A stretch of 64,000 nucleotides of DNA from a virus (taxonomy: Duplodnaviria > Caudoviricetes): positions 1 through 64,000 of IMG/VR virus record IMGVR_UViG_3300037067_022526. One strand, given 5' to 3'. Positions within the stretch are counted from its first letter, which is position 1. Every line of letters begins with the position of its first letter. The notes under the pieces are model-generated. The model did not search any database and was not told the DNA's origin. It was given only the letters and a program-made list of their open reading frames with translations. The translations under genes and the position numbers were made by a program. Positions 41,401-52,200 of the stretch are shown here, in pieces.

Positions 41401-44400
41401 AAAATTACTTATGCCGGTGTATTGTGTGGGAAGTTGAAACTTACACTTGGACATAAGGTCTTAACAGAAAAGAATGGTGAAATTAAATACGTTCAAGCTC
41501 AGGAATTACAAGTGGGTGATTATCTTCTTACTCCTTGTGGTTATGATGCTGAAGGTGAATGGGAAAATGGATTAGTTGATGATTTTGCATATCTTGTAGG
41601 TGTATACGCAGCAGAAGGCTGTGGTATGCCGTATGAACACATATCAAATAGAGGAAGAATTATAAGTTATTATAAGGGCGTTAAATTTGCCATATCACAA
41701 GAAGAACAGAGTTTTTGTGATACCATTGTGGAAAAAATAAAGATACTTTATGGTGATTGTAAGATTTCTTTAGTACCGGATAAAAATTCTAAAAAATTAG
41801 AAATTCGAGTATATGGCAGATCAATTGCAGATGATTTAATAGGTATTTGTCCAGGCACATCGAGTGATGGCACAAAAAGAATAATTCCACACATTATAAA
41901 AAACTGGAATGCCCGTCAAATGGCATCTTTCGTTTCTGGATTTTATGATGGCGATGGCTGTTATCAAAATAATGCTCCCACAGTTGGACTGGGTGTTTGC
42001 AAGCGATTACTTGAACAAGTAGCTAATATACTTGACAGGTTAGGCATAGAATATACATTTGCGAAAAGAAGACCGACTGGATTGGGAAGACAACAAGTTT
42101 ATATTGTGAGTATTCCTCGACGAGAAATGCCAAAGTTTACACACTTGTCAGCCAAAAAGATCATCTGGAACTCATATAATCAGCATTTCCGCCGCAATTG
42201 GTCAATATTCAAAAAAGGCAAGTATGTATATAGAGCGATAATAAAAATAGAGCAATCTCCATATGATGGTGCTCTGTATGATATGGAAGTTGAGAATGAC
42301 CACTCATATGTGGTAAACAGGATAAGCGTATCCAATAGTCGCTTTCCCATGAATGGCTTCAAACTTGAATGTAAAGATCCTAAAATACTCAAGTTTTTCG
42401 AGCATAAAGCAGCTAAGCGCCTAAGCCTTAACGAAAACTGCAAAATGATATCCAGTGAATGTCACATGCTGGGCGATGTATTCATACACATGGACGTTGA
42501 ATGTCCAGTGTGCCAAGGTATTGGGGTTAACCCAGATTCCGGTGAAATTTGCAACCATCCCGGAGGTAACTTTAAAAAGATGCGCATACTCAATCCAGAT
42601 TGGATTGAAGTGCAACAAAACATTATGGCAGATGAGCCAAGTATAGTTTTCGTACCCGACGAAGAGCTTAAACGTATAGTATTCTATAAACAACCTAAAA
42701 ACATATATGACAGAATACCTAATGCAATTAAATCTCTGGTGTTACAAAACAAACCTATCCCATTAAGCAACAGAACAACATCGCATTTGAAATATATGCC
42801 TGTGCCTTATGGCACTTATGGCACATCACTGATCAGAAGATTGTTCACTACTCTAGCTTATAAGACTAAAATTATGACTGCTAACTGGATAGTCGCCGAG
42901 CGATTGATTCTGCCAGTTCGTGTTGTGCAAATAGGTAGCGATGATAGACCAGCAACAAGTGCTGACATAGCCGATGTCCAGCAGCAATTAGCTGCAACTG
43001 CTAATGACCCTAATTTAACCATTGTGACCCACCATAACTTCAAGTACGAGTGGTACGGCGCTTGTCATGATGATCAGACAGAAGTTCTAACTGATACTGG
43101 ATTCAAGACTTATGACCAAGTTGATATCACAAAAGACAAGATTTGTATATACAATCTAGAAGAAAATAAGACAGAATGTATATACGCCACAGATAAATAT
43201 GTCTACGACTATGATGGTGAGATGATCCATTTCCACAATAGAAGACTAGATATATTAGTTACTCCAAATCATAAAATGCTATATCGATGGAGTAATAAAG
43301 ATTCATGGAAAACTGAGGAAGCATCTGAACTAAAATGTTCTACCAGATTGCTTGGAGCAGCAAAATTTGAGGGGTTTATTAAATCTGGTGGATCTATTTA
43401 TGCAAAAGAGGATAAGTATTACGTAAGAATAGGTGACAGCAGTATTGAATTGAGCAAATTCTGTAAATTTATTGGATATTACCTGTCAGAAGGAACATTG
43501 AATAACAAAAAGAGTAATTATCATGTAGCAATTTACCAGAATACCTCTAAAGAGTGCTTCTCTGATATCGAAGACACTATGAGTGATATGGGGTTCCATG
43601 TTACTGAGTATGCGGATAATCGAAATCCTGATGATTGCAGATTTATTATATCAAATAAGGAATTGGTAACATTTATTAATGAGCATTTTAAACATGGTTC
43701 ATTGAATAAAACCATTCCTAATTGGATTAAAAATTTGCCGCGGAATTATTTAAAGTTGATATTTAATTCTATGATTAATGGTGATGGATATAGGCATCCA
43801 ACTGTTAATACTGAGAGCTTTACTTATACGACTGTTTCTAAGTCTTTGGCTGATGATATACAAGAAATTGCTTTTAAGTGCGGTTATTCTACCTGCATTC
43901 GTAAAGCAAAGAAACCTGATTATAAATCATTCGGTAAAAATACAATATACAGAGTCCACATAAGCATGGGTAAATTCTCTAATGGCAGTTATCCAATTGT
44001 ACGAGAAAAAGATATTACCAGAGTTCCATATAAAGGTAAAGTATGGTGTTTCACAGTTCCTACTGGATTCTTTGTGACTCGCCGTAATGGTAAAATCACT
44101 ATCCAGGGTAACAGCGGCAAAATATTGCAAATAACTCAGGAAATGGAGTATATAGGTAAAGAAATACTCGACGGATTTATGCTAAACCAGTCACTACTGA
44201 ATGGGGAGATGTGTATTCCCGAAACTGACAAGATGTTAACAAAATCTGGATTAAAAAATCTTAATCAAATAGACAAAGATGATGAGATTGCGACATTCAA
44301 TAAAGAAACAGGGATGTTGGAATATCAAAAACCAACCGAGATTCATGTATACGACTGGAATGATGATCTGATTCATTTCCGGACCGATCGTATTGATTTT

Positions 44401-47400
44401 GCTTGTACGCCAAATCATCGAATGTTATATCAAAAAAGAGACAGCGATAAGTGGATTGTGGATACTGCAGATAAAGTATCTGATCGTGTCAAATTCCGAA
44501 AACGAGTTAATTGGTTGGGAGGTGAAGTCCCAGAAAATGTCATTGTTGGTGACAATGAGATTTCCGTAGATCAATATGTTGCCCTCATGGCATATTATGT
44601 AACCGAAGGATATACTCGCAAAGAGAGCAGAACCGCTCGCAAGACTTATAAACAGCCGATATCATTATGCGTATATCAATCTGTAAAAGGCAAGGGATAT
44701 AATGATGTTTGTGAGTTATTCGAATCTCTGCCATACAAATATTCTCATGACGAAAAACACGATTCATTTGCAATTCATAACAAAACATTAGCTATGTATC
44801 TACAAATGGAATGTGGAGATGGCAGTTATAATAAACACTTGCCGGATTGGGTAAAAGAATTGCCAAGACCGTATCTGCAGAAATTATTGCGACACATGAT
44901 TAATGGAGATGGTTCAATTAGAACAAGAGATCGAGGTGAGCCAAAACAATATTATGTGTATTATACTCGTAGTAGGCAATTAAATGCAGACATTCTAGAA
45001 GTTGCGTTAAAGTGTGGATATTGGCCGCGTTATCGATATAGCGAGAAGCGTGGGTATGAACTCGCATTTTCGGATTATGATCTTAACAAAGAAACTTTGC
45101 CGCTTGAATCCAAAAAGTATAAGACCATAACTCGTCTTCCATATAAAGGTAAAGTTTGGTGTGTTACTGTTCCTAATGGATTTATAATCACTGAACGAAA
45201 TGGTAAATTAAGCATCCATTCGAATTCGGGCTACCAAAGTGCTCAGGTTGGTGTTGAAACACTTATTCGACGTATTGAGTCCTGGAGACACACCCTAGCC
45301 GAATGGATACAAGAACGTATATTTAAACCCATAGCTGAAATGCAGGGATTTATTGATAACGAAGAGAGCGAAGAAATAGGAGAATTATCCTTTATATATC
45401 CTGAAATCAAATGGAATGATTTGAATCTAAAAGATAAAACTCAATACTTCCAATTGCTTAACCAATTGCATGACAAACAACTTATTTCTTCTCAAACCTT
45501 ATTAGAAGAGATGGATTTCAAATGGGATCAGGAAGTCAAGCGTATGCGATACGAGCAAGCACAAGCTGGTCCTATGGGTATGGGTGCGGGGCTGGGAGGC
45601 GCAGCCGGTGGTGCCGGTGGTATGCCTTTGGGCGGAGGCGGTGGAGGTGCTGGTGGTCCTCCAATGCCAGGCGAAGGTGCTCCAGGTATGGCAGGTGGCG
45701 TAGGTGGTATGGATATGGGCATGGGTGGTGGAGGTATGCCAGGTGCAATGCCTGCCACAGCAGGAGCTGGTGGCAAAATAATGAAGCCTGGCAAAGAGAA
45801 AAAATTTGAACAGCAGAAAACAGATGGACAAATGATGAATGCCATGCCTGTTAAACTAACAAGTATCGAGCAGAAGGTGGCCGATACCTTAGTTGGTTTA
45901 AGCCAGATGTATCGCATAAACCCGCAGAAAATAAGAGTTCAATTTCCAGTACAAAATCCTCACGGAGGCCCGCCTTATCAGCTAGATTTTGCATTGCCTG
46001 ATTTAAAACTTAATGTCGAGTGCTTATTACCTGGTGCTGTAATAGAAACAGATAATGGATACAAAAAAGTTGAGGATGTTTTATCATCAGATAAATTATT
46101 TGACAAATATGGCAAACATACTAAAATTGTGCATAAATTTGTTCAAGAATATGATGGGGAAGTTGCCAAAATTTGCGCTATAGGAATGTTTAATCTGGAT
46201 GTAACTTCATCGCACAAGTTGTGGATTTCTAAGCCCAAGAAAACCAGAGTAGTTCGCGATGAGCCCCGGATAACACGAACAAGAGAATATTTGCAACCGG
46301 ATATACCACAATTTATATGCGTTAAAGAAGCAGAAGTTGGTGACTATGTAATAATTCCTAAGCGAAAGACCAATAGCACTTCTCGCATTATAAACTTACA
46401 ACAATATATAACTAATAATTGTAAAAAGATTCCAGAGCAAATAAATCTTGATATTAAAACATCTAGATTGCTAGGGATCTATGTTGCTGAGGGATGTGCA
46501 TCTGATAGCGGCTCAATTGTATTTTCGTTTTCAGAAAATGAAAAGGATTACATTAATGAGACAGAAACATTGATGGATGAAATTTTTGGAATTAAATTAG
46601 GAAAGATTTATTTTGGAAAGGGAGCAGCGCGGGTATATTTTCAGAGCACTCCATTATCTAAGTTCTTCAATGAAGTATGTGGTAAGTATGCTAGAAATAA
46701 AAAAGTTCCTAGTATGATGTTTAATACCAGTGAAGAAAACATTAAATCCTTTATTCAAGGAGTGATGGATGGAGACGGGTGCATGCGGAATGAGTCGGAA
46801 TGGCGTATTCAGACATCTTCAAAATCATTAGCTTTGGGTATACAGCAACTTTGTGCTACTATTGGAATCTGGGCACCTATTGTTATTAGTAGGATTGATG
46901 GGACATATAATATTCGAGGGCGAAGTGGTATTCAACATTCGCTTTTTGAAATTACAATAAATTGGAATCCACGAAAGAGAAGATATCGCGAAGATGATGA
47001 TTATTTCTATATTCCAATTAGAAAAATAATATTTTCGTCATACAGTGGAATTAGATATAATTTCGAAACAGAAGACCATTCTTATTGTGTAAATAACATG
47101 GTTTCAAAAAATTGCGATGGTGACATATGGCACAGTAATCCTGAGCAGGCGTCCGATGATCAGAAACGAGATAATACTTTAGCCCAACGCGGATGGACTG
47201 TTTTACGGTTTGATGATAAGGCAATTGAAGAGACCCCACAAGCAGTGAGAAATACTATCGGTAAATTTATTAACGCGATTCTAGAAAGCAAAAAATCGAA
47301 AACTGCATCTACCGATGAATTTGGTGCTGCAAAGTTATATACTGCTAAATCAGGAGAGATCTATGATTTAAGGGACGAATATAATAAATTCGTTAAAACG

Positions 47401-47502
47401 AAATTTTCCGGGGAATCCTTCGGAGGCGATGCTCAACAACAAGAATCGTCGTTTTCTAAAGCTAAATATACCTCAGTTAAAAGTGAGGAGTTTAAACAGT
47501 AA
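38491..47502 (+). CDS. portal protein with six inteins and a C-terminal DUF559-like domain (791 aa after splicing)
   Basis: located between terL and the protease; exteins join to EIYQW-CRFFYD-SEPKVAAAIDFY-SRFP...GDVF...LNPDWI...YGTSLIRR; six Hint domains with LAGLIDADG motifs. Confidence 0.85.
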   Translation: MGNIILPDDPNWKQPLIMGDPFEQGLTPKSAQEKRNKEFDKQRESEGNVFKYANSAVAHHPEPWLKNAQVTGVSNMMTNPMWFSPLHTPQNWQIASKRREIYQWSYVTSDKNPCYLVNYGDFSLDDIKNVYTKWQNNFADRGKMYIQNDKGKKAKPDICTKRYVEKKANRIKVLGNPHPIEVTHDHKCIVIKREDVKCPKGISRSKNCIFQACSPTCERVKCKDYENKNYNISTINAEDVKKGDYVLCPFPTEVKESIIKTKEQARFAGHLASDGWISQNNFPITNVCMHPDETEYVLSSVSPVFESFGAVVKQESFGNNKVVVVRSGKKSLHEYSSKLVKGKNTDKHFTEEVMLLNPELQKHVLGAYIQSDGSFNKTIEQIEITTVSKHLAYQLQIMCYRNKILAFCSKQPRRQGKGSFKTTNLEYYIVSIPKTFVYTLQDYVPGKIPERIYKPQQKLGGSSGVNFIKNGKNISRIYNRFFWKNYVVTPVVSNTSFDYKGDVYDIRVPPTHAITANGIAIHQCRFFYDCFTPDNLVLMANGTEKSISQIVPGDMIVAGDGSIQQVNNVFRRWTKEKVLSIHVAGSNIPIKCTTNHRIPRVSKESWQQSCETTPSERRKRERKESFGETSLEETFDSADTLSTSSYLFTPQSSIGTGMGWDLRKCYLLGAFTAEGSYFYYNYKPTNKHTPKGVRFSINSNEIGDENKFGNRIQNYLSIFQNHKVSTTYNGNCAEIRATDKNLANEIMEFCGHGATQKSITGQFISQANKEELLSFLAGFIDGDGCYSTTMGCQIITHSDDLASQIAFICEKLGITFSTTTTNNIRKNNNFKGHNIRISRFACEILKPYSVKINNLDTNHTKFREYLFINNKLYRKVNKISESTYEGWVYDLEIDKVHSYCVNRCVVHNSEPKVAAAIDFYCFTPDTQILMSDGTQKSISSIMPGEIVRSHTGKANKVLRTFSRQSSEDILKITYAGVLCGKLKLTLGHKVLTEKNGEIKYVQAQELQVGDYLLTPCGYDAEGEWENGLVDDFAYLVGVYAAEGCGMPYEHISNRGRIISYYKGVKFAISQEEQSFCDTIVEKIKILYGDCKISLVPDKNSKKLEIRVYGRSIADDLIGICPGTSSDGTKRIIPHIIKNWNARQMASFVSGFYDGDGCYQNNAPTVGLGVCKRLLEQVANILDRLGIEYTFAKRRPTGLGRQQVYIVSIPRREMPKFTHLSAKKIIWNSYNQHFRRNWSIFKKGKYVYRAIIKIEQSPYDGALYDMEVENDHSYVVNRISVSNSRFPMNGFKLECKDPKILKFFEHKAAKRLSLNENCKMISSECHMLGDVFIHMDVECPVCQGIGVNPDSGEICNHPGGNFKKMRILNPDWIEVQQNIMADEPSIVFVPDEELKRIVFYKQPKNIYDRIPNAIKSLVLQNKPIPLSNRTTSHLKYMPVPYGTYGTSLIRRLFTTLAYKTKIMTANWIVAERLILPVRVVQIGSDDRPATSADIADVQQQLAATANDPNLTIVTHHNFKYEWYGACHDDQTEVLTDTGFKTYDQVDITKDKICIYNLEENKTECIYATDKYVYDYDGEMIHFHNRRLDILVTPNHKMLYRWSNKDSWKTEEASELKCSTRLLGAAKFEGFIKSGGSIYAKEDKYYVRIGDSSIELSKFCKFIGYYLSEGTLNNKKSNYHVAIYQNTSKECFSDIEDTMSDMGFHVTEYADNRNPDDCRFIISNKELVTFINEHFKHGSLNKTIPNWIKNLPRNYLKLIFNSMINGDGYRHPTVNTESFTYTTVSKSLADDIQEIAFKCGYSTCIRKAKKPDYKSFGKNTIYRVHISMGKFSNGSYPIVREKDITRVPYKGKVWCFTVPTGFFVTRRNGKITIQGNSGKILQITQEMEYIGKEILDGFMLNQSLLNGEMCIPETDKMLTKSGLKNLNQIDKDDEIATFNKETGMLEYQKPTEIHVYDWNDDLIHFRTDRIDFACTPNHRMLYQKRDSDKWIVDTADKVSDRVKFRKRVNWLGGEVPENVIVGDNEISVDQYVALMAYYVTEGYTRKESRTARKTYKQPISLCVYQSVKGKGYNDVCELFESLPYKYSHDEKHDSFAIHNKTLAMYLQMECGDGSYNKHLPDWVKELPRPYLQKLLRHMINGDGSIRTRDRGEPKQYYVYYTRSRQLNADILEVALKCGYWPRYRYSEKRGYELAFSDYDLNKETLPLESKKYKTITRLPYKGKVWCVTVPNGFIITERNGKLSIHSNSGYQSAQVGVETLIRRIESWRHTLAEWIQERIFKPIAEMQGFIDNEESEEIGELSFIYPEIKWNDLNLKDKTQYFQLLNQLHDKQLISSQTLLEEMDFKWDQEVKRMRYEQAQAGPMGMGAGLGGAAGGAGGMPLGGGGGGAGGPPMPGEGAPGMAGGVGGMDMGMGGGGMPGAMPATAGAGGKIMKPGKEKKFEQQKTDGQMMNAMPVKLTSIEQKVADTLVGLSQMYRINPQKIRVQFPVQNPHGGPPYQLDFALPDLKLNVECLLPGAVIETDNGYKKVEDVLSSDKLFDKYGKHTKIVHKFVQEYDGEVAKICAIGMFNLDVTSSHKLWISKPKKTRVVRDEPRITRTREYLQPDIPQFICVKEAEVGDYVIIPKRKTNSTSRIINLQQYITNNCKKIPEQINLDIKTSRLLGIYVAEGCASDSGSIVFSFSENEKDYINETETLMDEIFGIKLGKIYFGKGAARVYFQSTPLSKFFNEVCGKYARNKKVPSMMFNTSEENIKSFIQGVMDGDGCMRNESEWRIQTSSKSLALGIQQLCATIGIWAPIVISRIDGTYNIRGRSGIQHSLFEITINWNPRKRRYREDDDYFYIPIRKIIFSSYSGIRYNFETEDHSYCVNNMVSKNCDGDIWHSNPEQASDDQKRDNTLAQRGWTVLRFDDKAIEETPQAVRNTIGKFINAILESKKSKTASTDEFGAAKLYTAKSGEIYDLRDEYNKFVKTKFSGESFGGDAQQQESSFSKAKYTSVKSEEFKQ

Positions 47503-47765
47503 ACTACTCCAGTCTAAAGACCGGGAGCTTGTGAGTGATGGAACACAACGTAAGAGTTTACTAGACTAAGAAGAAAGGAGACTATTATTCTACGTTAAGA
47601 GAACTACAATCACCCCGGAACGCCACCCTAATTCCAGGCTCTGAGCTAGAACCATTTAATAGCACGTTATTCTAGTTAATAGCTAAGTTTTCTTAACATT
47701 GTCGAAGGGTAGTATATTAGAGGTTTTCATAGCACCCACTTATCGTAAAGCTATGAAATTTTGGA
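47499..47765 (+). ncRNA. omegaRNA scaffold, copy 2
   Basis: about 270-nt non-coding region before isrB, near-identical to copy 1. Confidence 0.8.
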
Positions 47766-47771
47766 GTTTAT

Positions 47772-48806
47772 ATGTTTTTCGTACCAGTAGTAGATCAGAA
47801 CAATAATCCACTAATGCCTACAACTTTATTAAGAGCTAAGAGATGGGTTAATTCTGGCAAAGCTACTCCATTCTATAAGAAAGGTATATTTTGTGCTAGA
47901 CTCAACGTAAAGACACCAAACACTCATAAACAAGAAATTGTGGTAGGCATCGATCCTGGCTCTAAACGAGAAGCCTACACAATTAAATCAGAAGCTCACA
48001 CTTATCTAAATATTCTAACAGAAACGCCTGACTGGGTTAAAGATGCTGTAGAGCGACGTAGGAACATGCGTAGAGCTAGAAGATTCAGAAACACACGTTA
48101 TCGTGAAGCCAGGTTTGATAACAGAAAATCAAAGAAATTAGCCCCTAGCACAAAAGCCAGATGGCAACTCAAATTAAATATATGTAAGTGGCTAGAGAAA
48201 ATTTTCCCAATAACACACTATGTAGTAGAAGATATTAAAGCTAAGACTTGGAAGAATGCCAAGAAATGGAATGTAAGTTTCTCTCCATTAGAAGTAGGCA
48301 AACAGTGGTTCTATGAAGAAATAAAACAACTAGGCATCTTAGAAACCAAGCAGGGATATGAAACCAAAGAATTAAGAGATAATGCTGGTTTGAAAAAAAG
48401 TAGTTCTAAGCTAGACGATAAATTTGAGTGCCACAATGTAGATAGTTGGGTATTGGCTAACTGGTTAGTAGGTGGGCACGTAAAACCAGATAACACTTCT
48501 ATTATTAAGCTAGTACCTCTTAGGTTTCATAGAAGACAATTGCACGCTTTGCAACCTTCGACTGGTGGAGCAAGGAAACCTTATGGTAGTACTAGGAGTT
48601 TGGGGTTAAAACGAGGTAGTTTAGTTAAACATAAAAAGTATGGTTTGTGCTACGTTGGTGGTACAATGAACGACAGGATTAGCGTGCATTCATTGAACGG
48701 TGGTAAGAGGCTGGCTCAGAATGTGAGGGTGGAAGATTGTGAATTTAGAACTTATTTAAGCGAAAGGAGAAGTCGTCTTCCCTCTACGGGGGTTAAATCT
48801 CTGTAG
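47772..48806 (+). CDS. isrB: IsrB RNA-guided nickase
   Basis: PLMP, RuvC-I GIDPG, bridge helix RRNMRRARR, RuvC-II VVEDI, RuvC-III HNVDS; 344 aa with no HNH. Confidence 0.88.
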   Translation: MFFVPVVDQNNNPLMPTTLLRAKRWVNSGKATPFYKKGIFCARLNVKTPNTHKQEIVVGIDPGSKREAYTIKSEAHTYLNILTETPDWVKDAVERRRNMRRARRFRNTRYREARFDNRKSKKLAPSTKARWQLKLNICKWLEKIFPITHYVVEDIKAKTWKNAKKWNVSFSPLEVGKQWFYEEIKQLGILETKQGYETKELRDNAGLKKSSSKLDDKFECHNVDSWVLANWLVGGHVKPDNTSIIKLVPLRFHRRQLHALQPSTGGARKPYGSTRSLGLKRGSLVKHKKYGLCYVGGTMNDRISVHSLNGGKRLAQNVRVEDCEFRTYLSERRSRLPSTGVKSL

Positions 48807-48825
48807 TTTCTAGACGGCGATTTTT

Positions 48826-49233
48826 ATGATTATAATTGAAGCCGGGCGCAGACGAATTAAAGATAAAGGAATTAAGTGGAGTGAAGACTACGGCGAAAAA
48901 TCCGAAGAAGTAAAAAAGCGGTTCGAGAAAATTTTGCCTGGATCTTATTTTAGGTGGGTCGGCAAGGACTATGAAGATGCCTGCATGAGATATGTTGTGG
49001 TTGGACCCGCTATTTCAAAACGCGAAGGCAAAGCATTTTTTGCTGGCAATAAGAAGATGCCTAATAATCCCAAGAAGAAAGCATTCAGCCCGTCGGGAAA
49101 GTATTTTCCTACTCTTGGTTCTGCCCTGAGATATGCAAATGATATGTGGGGAGTTTCAATGCCCAAAAATGCTGGTAAATATACTCGTATAGATTTACAA
49201 GGTATTGATATACCAAAACACGTTAAGGGATAA
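48826..49233 (+). CDS. hypothetical basic protein
   Basis: ATG directly after the IS end; its original RBS (GAGGAG) lies left of the IS. Confidence 0.75.
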   Translation: MIIIEAGRRRIKDKGIKWSEDYGEKSEEVKKRFEKILPGSYFRWVGKDYEDACMRYVVVGPAISKREGKAFFAGNKKMPNNPKKKAFSPSGKYFPTLGSALRYANDMWGVSMPKNAGKYTRIDLQGIDIPKHVKG

Positions 49234-49269
49234 GCAGGATTTGACAGTATTTGTTAGGTATAGAATATC

Positions 49270-52200
49270 ATGGCTCAACAGAATGAAAATTTCAAAAAAT
49301 ATTTAATTAATGAGGGAATGTCTCGCATATCATCCAAGATGCGAAAGATAGCATCCAAGTTAAAAAATGCAGATGTTAAGTCTATCTTATTAAAGGAAGC
49401 AGACGATCGGCTTAGCAAATTGTCGGCCCTTTCCAAAGAAAGTATGGCGTGGAATACCGGATACACCGGACTTGATTCTGCAACCGTAAATCTTGAATGG
49501 CAAATGCCTAACTTGGGCGATAAGGCACAAAAGATTAAAGCAGCCATTGAAGAAAAATTTATGCCTTACATGAAAGCAGATTTGATTGGGGCGTCCGGTA
49601 AAAAGCGACAACATAAAGTCCAGGGCGGATTTGTAGTTGAAAATTTAGACCCTGAAACTGGAAATATAGTTCCAGAGTTTAATCCTACTTTAGTGATGCG
49701 GTTTTTGTATCGCAGAAATATAGTTCCAATGCAAAAAGAAGATGCTGAATCAAATAATCGAGCCACAGAGGCCATTTCAACTGTCGATCAGTTTTTACAG
49801 CAATCCGGGGTATCGGACTACTCGCTGATGGACTTTATTCGAACACTTGAAAACGAAGATGTCGGATTAACTGCATATTTTCACACCTCACAAGGGAGCG
49901 CTGAGAAAGGTCTTAATTTTTCTCATTCTGAATTGAGGGCCTTTTTTGATGACCAGAAAAATAAATCGTCGCAGTATGGCATGTTGCCTGGAAACATAAA
50001 TTCAAGGTATTTCTTTGCTCAACATGCTGAGAGAAATCGAGTTTATGAATCAGATAGTACTAACCCTTCCGGCTCTATATTTTTATCTAGAACGAAAGAA
50101 TATAGAAGACGATTTCCGATAGAGTCAGTAGACCAAATCAAATTGCCCAGTGATTTAATGCGGGCTATTGCTCGTAAAGTTCGAGATGGATTCGCATTAA
50201 ATGCCAATACTCTTTGGCGTGATATTCAAACAACTCAAAGTAAATATATTGAAAAAATGGGGATTCAAGATCCTACTGCTATGCAATCTCATTATCGACA
50301 AATGTTTGACCGTATTAACAAAACATTTTATGATGGTATGAGAGAGCAAAAAGCACAGAAAGGGGATCCTGCTGTTGAGGATGATTTTACATGGGGAAAA
50401 ACACCACATGGTTATCGACAAGGGTTAGTGGCTACTAGAACTGGCAAGGCATATAAGTCCGAGCTTACAGTAGAAGAACTGCGATTAATGTTAAAAAATT
50501 GTACGTCGGATATGCTTGACTATTATAAATCAGTTACACAGCCCCAAAATACGGATCAAGTAGAGTCACAATTTTCATCTGAATATGCTCCGTTTCTTGG
50601 GGTCAAAGATCCACAACAACGGGATGAGATTAGAAACTCTTTTACGGTGCCAAAACACAAAATGAATTATTCTAGTAATGGCATGGATACAGACCCAACA
50701 ACTGCGGCCGGGGTTAGGACTTTGGCTATTCCTGCATTAAGGAAACTACCACCAACCAATTTTAACGATGGAACAATTATTTTTGACAGAGACAATGGGA
50801 ATTTGGGCCGTCAACAAATAACCAAAAACTGGATAAATCCCAGCGGTGGTGGATTATCGCGGATAGTCATAGAATTCGGTCCTTGGGCCACAAAAGTATT
50901 GCAATCATTATCTCAACAAACAGATTTCTTTAAAAACAAACCATATACTGCTGGTGCTGCAAGGGCTATTTCGATATTCAATCGGACCAATGCGGAATCA
51001 GTGTTTGATGTAATCAGAGAATACCAAAATGATTGGAATAGATTTAAATCTGAATATCTCGGACAGTCTTTTGTTAATGAATTGAGACTTTACTATAAAT
51101 ATTTGTCGTCTAAAGATCCAAATCCAGTAAAGGATGCTATTTCGCAGTATCAAAAAACCGGTGATTGGAATGAATTTTCCAGAGCAGTCCGACATTTAAT
51201 TCCAACCAAAGATACCGATGTATCAACCACAATGGACGAGAATGGATTCAGGACATTTTGTCAATATGGATATCAAATTGCCAAATTAATGGATTATGTA
51301 TCATGCTTAATGAATGCTGCATGTTTAGAACAGCTCGAAAGCAGATTAGATAAAAAGAAAAAGGATCCATCTCCGGTAGCAGAACAAATATTTGGGCGAA
51401 AATATTCATCGAGTTCAGGAAAAGGTAATGGCGGTCAGGTGATGATAGGCATTCGGTATGCCTATAATGCCCCAGAAGTTGTAGATGAAAATGAAATAAA
51501 TCCAGATGGTTTCGAATATGGCAAGCATGTAATGAATCTAATCAAAATAGAAAGAAAAAGAAGGCACGATGCCTATCGCATCAAAGGTCCGACTTACAGA
51601 CAAACATCTCACTGGGAAAATCTTGGACAGAAGTCAATTGATACAGGTGAGACCACGGTTCCTGTGGGCGAACACTTGCCATTACCAGGGCAAACCCAAG
51701 AAATGCAAGTTAATCCTATGATAGAACCCACCACAAAAGTAATCAAAGTAGTTGAGAACCTTGAGTATTTCATTGGTGAGGCCGGCAGTGCCGAGGGCAT
51801 GTTGAGGGATCTTGAGAGAGGTACCGACTGGAATAAAGTGCTAGATAGTTTTCTTCGTCGATATCCTAATCTTGAAAGCAGTATTAATGTTTTAATTTCG
51901 CCCATCAACGCCAGATTTGATCTTCTAGAAGTTGCCGCCAAGAAAGCCATAGATAATGTCAGAAAACAGTTGGAGAAGGAAATTGAAACGTCTGGGCAGC
52001 AAGTTGCTGTTGAGGTAATCGTTCATCACGATGATGGCCGAGAGGAAGTTTTATCAACTGATAAAATTGATTCTGATGTCCAACAACTACAATCGCAGGA
52101 CATTGAAATTCCTCAAGGATTCGATGAAACAACAGAGATTCCTGCTGCACCCGTTGAGGATACTGGGAAATATGAAACAGGCATACCAAGCGAAGTTACA

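Larger units (their letters stand above)
47499..48825 (+). mobile_element. IS200/IS605-family IsrB-omegaRNA element (no tnpA)
   Basis: GTAAACTAC end with CTAAAGA hairpin, omegaRNA, isrB, terminal hairpin, then ATGA. Confidence 0.9.

Noticed and set aside
43063-45225. Class 3 mechanism for portal inteins 4 and 5 (block-F Cys in VWC)
   Set aside because: Both start with Cys and lack the block-B Trp.
47772-48806. IscB or Cas9 call
   Set aside because: No HNH domain between RuvC-II and RuvC-III, and the size fits IsrB; no CRISPR array nearby.
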